Shown here in pieces: positions 26,297 through 32,000 of a stretch of DNA of 32,000 nucleotides (positions are counted from its first letter, which is position 1; each line of letters starts with the position of its first letter). The stretch covers positions 18,872-50,871 of the forward strand of contig NZ_JABXKL010000029.1 of the NCBI RefSeq assembly GCF_017114995.1. Direction: 5' to 3'. Both the position numbers and the translations under genes were made by a program. Under the pieces are notes generated by a model. The model made no database searches and was not told the origin of the DNA. It saw only the letters and a list, made by a program, of their open reading frames with translations. This DNA comes from Nostoc sp. NMS9 (GTDB taxonomy: Bacteria > Cyanobacteriota > Cyanobacteriia > Cyanobacteriales > Nostocaceae).

Positions 26297-28360
26297 TTGA
26301 TGAATAGTCATTTACTAGATGGACATTATCAAATACTAAAAGTTCTCAATGATGGGGAAAAAGAGAAAACCTATCTAGTTGAAGATATTAATCTGACTGG
26401 TAAACAATTTATAGTAAAGCAGTTATGTCTCCCTAATAGCAATCCTCAAGCTTTAACAATTCTACGTCGCTTGTTTACGAGTAAGGCAGCAACTTTAGAA
26501 AAACTAGGACAGGAACACGACCAAATCCAAAAGCTCATTGCTTCTTTTGAAGAAAATGAAGAATTTTATATAGTCCAAGAATTTATACCTGGTAATCCTT
26601 TAAGTGACGAAATTATCCAGGGCCAACCTTTGAGAGAAGATGAAGTAATTAGTCTTTTGTCAGAGATATTAGAAATTTTGGTCGTTGTACACAGCTATGG
26701 CGTGATTCATCGGAATATTAAACCAGCAAATATTATTCGTCGTGAGTCAGATAAAAAATTAGTTTTGGTTAATTTTGGTACTTTTAATGAAGCAATCGCG
26801 AATACCGTTGATGATATGGAGTATATGCCTATAGAACAAATTAACGGCAACCTCAAATACAACAGTGATATATATGCTTTAGGTATCGTTGCGATCGCAG
26901 CACTGAAAGCTTTACCTACAAACGAAATATCTAATTTACGAAGTCAGAAAAATAAGCTGACAGGTGAAATAGTTTGGCGCGAGAAAAATCTCAAAGTTAA
27001 CATAAAATTAGCAAAAATTATTAATAAAATGGTGCGTTTTGACTATCGTAAGCGCTACCGGTATGCAACCGAAGTTTTAGACGACCTGAAAAAGTTAATA
27101 AATGTTGATGACGATCAACAAAAACAGCATCAGAAAAAATTATTACTAGTTCTAGCGGGGATAGTTGGCTGTATTTCTCTTAGTGTTGCAGCTTGGCAAT
27201 TGAGATCGCCAAAACTTGTAAGTGATGCCCAACAGACATTATACCAAGAGGGAGTAAATAAATATGAGTCAGGAAACTATGAAGGAGCAGTTGAAGATTT
27301 CAATCAGGCTATTAAATTAGATCCGCAAAACGCTTTAGCTTATAATAGGCGAGGTGATGCTTATTATCGATTAGGAGATTACGAGCAAGCACAAGCAGAC
27401 TCTAGCCAAGCTATTTTACTGAATCCTCAAGATGCTAATGCCTATTTTGACCGAGGATTTGCTTTTTCGGAATTAGGCAAATACAAAGAAGCGATCGCAG
27501 ATTATACTCAAGCAATTAAGTTAAATTCTAAAGATGCTTATGCTTACTATGGACGAGGATTAGCTCGTGCTCAATCGAAGGATCATAAAGGCGCAATTGG
27601 AGATTTTAGCAAAGCGATCGCTCTTAAACCTCAGTATACTGAAGCCTACTTGCAACGAGGTATTCTCCACCGTCGCCTCAAACTTAGACTTGAAGCAATC
27701 CAAGATTTTGATAAAGTAATTAAGATTAATCCTAGTGATGCTAAAGCTTATTATCAAAGGGGTTTAACTCAATCTATTAATAAACAAAAAGATGAAGCAA
27801 TTAAAGATTACACAGATGCAATCAACATTAATCCCAAATACATAGAAGCTTATCTGAATCGTGGTGATATTTACAGCGATCTGGGAAATCAAGTAGAAGC
27901 TACTGAAGATTACAACACTATTTTACAGATCGATCCTAAATTTATTGCGGCTTATATTCACAGAGGTATTCACCGCTTTTCTTTTGGAGATTATAAAGGC
28001 GCTATTGAAGATTACACCGCAGCCCTAAAACTAGATACTAATAATGTAGCAGCTTACAATAACCGTGGTAACGCCTATCTCGAGCTGGGAAATAAAAAAG
28101 CTGCAAATCAGGATTATTCACGAGCGATCGCAATTAATGCTAACAACGCCTTAGCCTATTATAACCGGGGTGTGATTCGCACCAAGCAGAAAAATAAATC
28201 GGGTGCGATCGCAGATTTCAAAAAAGCTGCAAAACTATTCCAACAGCAAGGGGAACAAGATAGTTATCAAGATGCACGGCGGGAAATTACAATTTTACAA
28301 AATAAGTCAGCGTCAGCGCCAACTACTCGCCCTAAATCTGGGAAAATAGAAAAAAATTGA
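26297..28360 (+). CDS. Ser/Thr-kinase-like (predicted pseudokinase) - TM helix - TPR repeat protein
   Basis: Hanks-type fold is recognisable (FIVKQL Lys, HRNIKPAN, NFG, YMPIEQ, SDIYALG). One TM helix LLLVLAGIVGCISLSVAAW. About ten 34-aa TPR units. The probable start is ATG 26300, not TTG 26297. Confidence 0.85.
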   Translation: MMNSHLLDGHYQILKVLNDGEKEKTYLVEDINLTGKQFIVKQLCLPNSNPQALTILRRLFTSKAATLEKLGQEHDQIQKLIASFEENEEFYIVQEFIPGNPLSDEIIQGQPLREDEVISLLSEILEILVVVHSYGVIHRNIKPANIIRRESDKKLVLVNFGTFNEAIANTVDDMEYMPIEQINGNLKYNSDIYALGIVAIAALKALPTNEISNLRSQKNKLTGEIVWREKNLKVNIKLAKIINKMVRFDYRKRYRYATEVLDDLKKLINVDDDQQKQHQKKLLLVLAGIVGCISLSVAAWQLRSPKLVSDAQQTLYQEGVNKYESGNYEGAVEDFNQAIKLDPQNALAYNRRGDAYYRLGDYEQAQADSSQAILLNPQDANAYFDRGFAFSELGKYKEAIADYTQAIKLNSKDAYAYYGRGLARAQSKDHKGAIGDFSKAIALKPQYTEAYLQRGILHRRLKLRLEAIQDFDKVIKINPSDAKAYYQRGLTQSINKQKDEAIKDYTDAININPKYIEAYLNRGDIYSDLGNQVEATEDYNTILQIDPKFIAAYIHRGIHRFSFGDYKGAIEDYTAALKLDTNNVAAYNNRGNAYLELGNKKAANQDYSRAIAINANNALAYYNRGVIRTKQKNKSGAIADFKKAAKLFQQQGEQDSYQDARREITILQNKSASAPTTRPKSGKIEKN

Positions 28361-28494
28361 GCTACCACTCAATACAGTGTTAACTATCAATCGTCAAAAC
28401 TCTTAAAGAGTGATTGTATTATTTAAATGTGTCTTACCTTACAATTTTACGACTAGTACTTTATCAAGCTGGTTTTGAAAGTTGGTAGTAAGCA

Positions 28495-28542
28495 CTTTAG
28501 TACTTATCAAATAAAGACTAAAGTCTTACTACATAGCGTTAT
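28495..28542. repeat. gtagtaag...cttactac hairpin repeat (family of 16645-16694)
   Basis: Same 8-bp outer arms and the same internal small-hairpin layout (aagac...gtctt). Confidence 0.5.
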
Positions 28543-28641
28543 AAATTGTAAGCTTTGACATTTTATGTGTCGTTGTAGTCAAATAAATTATCGCTCAATA
28601 TGAGTCCCCGTGTTTTTTCACGACTCAATTAGGATTGCTAT

Positions 28642-29622
28642 ATGCTAATTCTCCTGACTTTTTATCCAGATAACCTGGAAATATTCACCCATAGAGATGT
28701 CGATACGGTACTGAAAAGAATTGATGGTTCTCACAATATTTGGTTACGTTGTGTTCACTTCCGCGATCGCACTGGAACAGCCAGAATTATCAAGCACTTT
28801 GGACTAAATCCATCTCGTGTTAACATGATTTTCAACCATTCCCCTGTAGGAATTGATGAAGATATAGAAGATTGTTTATTTGACAGCTATGAAATCCTAA
28901 GTTCTCAAATAAAAAATAATGAGTTTGAGGTTGTACGTGGCAATATTGTAGTTGGAAATAATTTTATCATAACTTTTGAAATCACTGAACTAAAAATTTT
29001 AAGTATTTTAGCTAATAATCTCCAAAAACGAACTCTAGATATTCAAGAATTGGGAATTGACTATCTTTTTTATCTCATGTTTAAAGATATTTTGAATAAT
29101 TACGAAACTGTATTTACCTATATTTCTAGAAAACTTGATGATTTAGAAGATGAAGTTTTAGACAATTCTGGTGATGAATCAACTTACCAAAAAATTGCCA
29201 CAATGAGGCAATCTACTCGTTCTGGACGCCGTAATTTTCAAAGCATCAAGTTACTTATGGCTATTATGGATAATGAAGATTTCCAATGGATTGGTCAGCC
29301 AGTAAAAGAACTATTCAATCAAGAATTAGTTCATCACGTTGATAAACTCTGGCAAGAATATCAAGCTATAAGAGCGTGGATGTCAGAATTAATGGAAATT
29401 CAACGTGATAATATTGCTAGTAAAACTGGTGAACGAATTAATCGTCTGACTATCTTATCAACGATCTTTTTACCAATCACTTTTATGTCTGGCTTCTATG
29501 GTATGAACTTCAAATATATGCCGGAATTAGAACAACCTTGGGCTTACCCTGCGGTAATCTGTATGATGGCATTAATTGTGATTGGCAGTATTGTCTATGC
29601 CAAAAAACAACGTTGGTTGTAG
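28642..29622 (+). CDS. corA: CorA-family magnesium/cobalt transporter
   Basis: YGMNF (GMN signature) at the end of the first of two C-terminal TM helices. Large N-terminal cytoplasmic domain. Confidence 0.85.
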   Translation: MLILLTFYPDNLEIFTHRDVDTVLKRIDGSHNIWLRCVHFRDRTGTARIIKHFGLNPSRVNMIFNHSPVGIDEDIEDCLFDSYEILSSQIKNNEFEVVRGNIVVGNNFIITFEITELKILSILANNLQKRTLDIQELGIDYLFYLMFKDILNNYETVFTYISRKLDDLEDEVLDNSGDESTYQKIATMRQSTRSGRRNFQSIKLLMAIMDNEDFQWIGQPVKELFNQELVHHVDKLWQEYQAIRAWMSELMEIQRDNIASKTGERINRLTILSTIFLPITFMSGFYGMNFKYMPELEQPWAYPAVICMMALIVIGSIVYAKKQRWL

Positions 29623-29766
29623 TATCTATAAAGTTACGAATAAAACGATTATTGATTTATTAAAAAAGTCGTGGCTCTGCGTCTGTCGGTGCAGAGCAAA
29701 TCAAATCAGATTTATATATATACTTTCATTAAGTAGACTGAATCAACCCTAAATCGGTAAACAAAC

Positions 29767-31251
29767 GTGAATCTCCCATTGATTATTCGTGCTGAAGAAC
29801 ACAACGAGAAAAGAGCAATCACGACAACGGATGGATCATTTACTTATCGGGATTTGCTACACACTTCTAGTCAAATAGCAACAAGTCTTCTTCAAAATAC
29901 AGAAGATTTACAAGAGCAACGAGTTGCCTTTCTTATCCCGCCTGGGTTTGAGTATGTAGCCACTCAATGGGGAATTTGGCGGGCTGGTGGCATAGCTGTA
30001 CCTCTGTGTGTTTCTCATCCACGCCCAGAATTGGAGTATGTAATTACCAATTCTGGAGCATCGATTATTATTGCTCATCCTAATTTTGAGGATATACTGC
30101 GATCGCTCGCCGAAGCACACAATTTGCGATTTATCCTCACCTCAGAAATGCTCCCACATAATATTAGTAACCTCCCAGAGATAGATATCACTAGAGGCGC
30201 CTTAATTCTCTATACCAGCGGTACAACAGGTAAACCAAAAGGTGTAGTTACGACTCATCAAAATATTCAAGCGCAAGTGACTAGCTTAATCACCGCTTGG
30301 GAATGGACATCTAACGATTGCATTTTACATATACTGCCCCTACATCATATTCATGGGATTATTAACGTACTGACTTGTACTTTATGGGCTGGCGCGGAGT
30401 GCCATATATTGAGCAAGTTTGATGCCGAAACCGTTTGGAACCGAATTTGTGACGGTGACTTAAGCTTATTTATGGCAGTACCAACAATTTATGTAAAGCT
30501 AATTACGGCTTGGGAAACTGCCTCTAAGGAACGCCAAAAAAGGATGTCAGAAGGCTGTGCTAAGATGCGCTTGATGATTTCTGGCTCGGCAGCATTACCA
30601 GTTCAAGTTTTAGAAAAGTGGCAGAGCATCAGCGGCCATTTTCTGCTGGAGCGCTATGGTATGACTGAAATCGGCATGGCGCTATCGAACCCTTTACACG
30701 GTGAACGATTGTGTGGATATGTAGGAAAGCCTTTACCTCAAGTTGAAGTGAGATTAGTAGATGAGAACGGAGAGTTAGTTCCAACTGGGACACCAGGAGA
30801 AATCCAAGTTAAAGGCCCAGGAGTGTTTCTAGAATATTGGCAAAACCCCGAAGCAACCGCCAAAGCCTTCCAAGATGGCTGGTTCCGTACTGGAGACACC
30901 GCCGTAGTTGAGAACGGTAACTACCGCATTCTGGGACGGATGAGCGTGGATATCATCAAAACCGGAGGGTATAAAGTTTCAGCTTTAGAAATAGAAGAAG
31001 TATTGCGATCGCATCCAGATATCCAAGAATGTGCTGTGGTTGGGGTTGCCGATTTAGAGTGGGGTGAACGAGTTTGTGCCGCGTTAGTATTGCAAGGTTC
31101 ACAACCTTTAACATTACAAGCTTTCAGGAGTTGGGCAAAAGAGCAATTGGCTGTTTATAAAGTGCCAACCCAAATTCTGATAGTTGAAGAATTACCGCGC
31201 AATGCGATGGGGAAAGTGACTAAGCCGACCGTGGTTGAGCTATTTTGCTGA
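29767..31251 (+). CDS. AMP-dependent acyl-CoA synthetase/ligase (medium-chain or malonyl-CoA-synthetase-like)
   Basis: AMP-binding motif LYTSGTTGKPKGV, YGMTE, GWFRTGD, C-terminal GKVTK. GTG start. Confidence 0.85.
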   Translation: MNLPLIIRAEEHNEKRAITTTDGSFTYRDLLHTSSQIATSLLQNTEDLQEQRVAFLIPPGFEYVATQWGIWRAGGIAVPLCVSHPRPELEYVITNSGASIIIAHPNFEDILRSLAEAHNLRFILTSEMLPHNISNLPEIDITRGALILYTSGTTGKPKGVVTTHQNIQAQVTSLITAWEWTSNDCILHILPLHHIHGIINVLTCTLWAGAECHILSKFDAETVWNRICDGDLSLFMAVPTIYVKLITAWETASKERQKRMSEGCAKMRLMISGSAALPVQVLEKWQSISGHFLLERYGMTEIGMALSNPLHGERLCGYVGKPLPQVEVRLVDENGELVPTGTPGEIQVKGPGVFLEYWQNPEATAKAFQDGWFRTGDTAVVENGNYRILGRMSVDIIKTGGYKVSALEIEEVLRSHPDIQECAVVGVADLEWGERVCAALVLQGSQPLTLQAFRSWAKEQLAVYKVPTQILIVEELPRNAMGKVTKPTVVELFC

Positions 31252-31323
31252 TAGCGATCGTCACAGAATTTTGGATTTTAGATTGAAAAGAGCAATCAAG
31301 TGAAATCGACTTATCGACTTATG

Positions 31324-31446
31324 ATATCATGTCCGGCTAATTAGTTATAATTCCCTTTATCTATGCAGAAAGCCCAAAAACCCATCCCCTCTGCCCCTCT
31401 GCCCCTGGAGCGGTCTTAATGATAAGTCTTTAACCGGACATGATAT
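31324..31446. repeat. 13-bp perfect inverted repeat bracketing a C-rich octamer repeat, overlapping the amidase start codon
   Basis: atatcatgtccgg (31324-31336) pairs with ccggacatgatat (31434-46). The interior contains cccctctgcccctctgcccct. Confidence 0.5.
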
Positions 31447-32000
31447 GAGTGACTTAGTTTTTCTACCCGCTCATCAACTTGCTCAGATGATTCGCGATCG
31501 CCAAGTCTCTGCTATGGAAGTGTTAGATGCTTACCTGGCGCAGATTTCTAAACACAACTCAAAGCTGAATGCGATTTGCACGTTAGACGAAGACAATGCT
31601 CGTACCACAGCCAAGCTTGCAGATGAAGCCCTAGCTAGAGGAGAACACTGGGGCGCTCTGCACGGTGTCCCTGTCACGATCAAAGACATTTTTGAAACAG
31701 TAGGACTTCGTACCACAGCAGGTTACATTCCTCTCAAAGACTACATTCCTCAACAAGATGCCACCGTTGTCGCAAGGCTGCGGGCAGCAGGAGCCGTTAT
31801 CCTTGGAAAAACGAACATGGCGGAACTGGCTGGTGATTTTCAAAGTACAAATTCTCTGTTTCCACGGGTAAATAATCCCTGGAATCTTGACTATACAGCA
31901 GGTGGCAGTTCTGGAGGCAGTGCTGCTGCTGTTGCAGCCGGACTCTCACCATTAGATATAGGCAACGATCTTGCGGGTTCCGTGCGCCAGCCTGCAACTT
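31445..32000 (+). CDS. Amidase-signature family amidase (5' part, continues beyond the window)
   Basis: My own translation from ATG 31445: MSDLVFLPAHQLAQMIRDRQVSAMEVLDAYL...HGVPVTIKD...GGSSGGSAAAVAAG (amidase signature). The frame is open to the window end and is not in the ORF track because it has no stop. Confidence 0.85.
   Translation, partial: MSDLVFLPAHQLAQMIRDRQVSAMEVLDAYLAQISKHNSKLNAICTLDEDNARTTAKLADEALARGEHWGALHGVPVTIKDIFETVGLRTTAGYIPLKDYIPQQDATVVARLRAAGAVILGKTNMAELAGDFQSTNSLFPRVNNPWNLDYTAGGSSGGSAAAVAAGLSPLDIGNDLAGSVRQPAT

Noticed and set aside
26051-26311. 86-aa minus-strand ORF spanning the lysC 3' end and the palindromic element.
   Set aside because: Its translation (…PLPSLGEGFRVRAF…) is the usual read-through of the dispersed repeat, not a gene. 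The same applies to 13679..13870.
1-32000. Genomic-island boundaries (tRNA gene, integrase, transposase, long direct repeats) that would define a mobile accessory region.
   Set aside because: None found on either strand. The accessory-looking genes are interspersed with housekeeping genes.

Overview
This looks like a chromosomal segment from a filamentous Nostoc/Anabaena-type cyanobacterium. That is inferred from the frequent HIP1 octamer GCGATCGC (e.g. 1405-1412, 2633-2640) and from nested-palindrome and heptamer/octamer dispersed repeats in most intergenic gaps. I support about 25 protein genes. I saw no rRNA, tRNA, CRISPR array, transposase or integrase. Recognisable genes are the yjcH-actP acetate symporter pair, aspartokinase lysC, corA, an acyl-CoA synthetase, an amidase (runs off the window), an M50 protease, a DEDDy exonuclease, a PAS histidine kinase and a Uma2 endonuclease. 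The accessory-looking content is: (1) an NLR-like STAND gene (NB-ARC plus ten near-identical 126-bp TPR units) whose N-terminal helical domain is separated from the NTPase only by one in-frame TGA; (2) a split MprF-like aminoacyl-phosphatidylglycerol module (synthase gene and flippase-like gene) bracketing two paralogous exported esterases; (3) a 468-aa orphan gene with no HIP1 sites and no motif I recognise; (4) a 62-bp tandem repeat array downstream of the NLR gene; (5) a membrane TPR protein whose kinase domain has lost both catalytic aspartates; (6) a dispersed octamer-repeat palindrome inserted in frame in lysC; (7) an exported tandem Tudor/Agenet-like protein. All functional calls rest on motif reading by eye. 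No database search was run.
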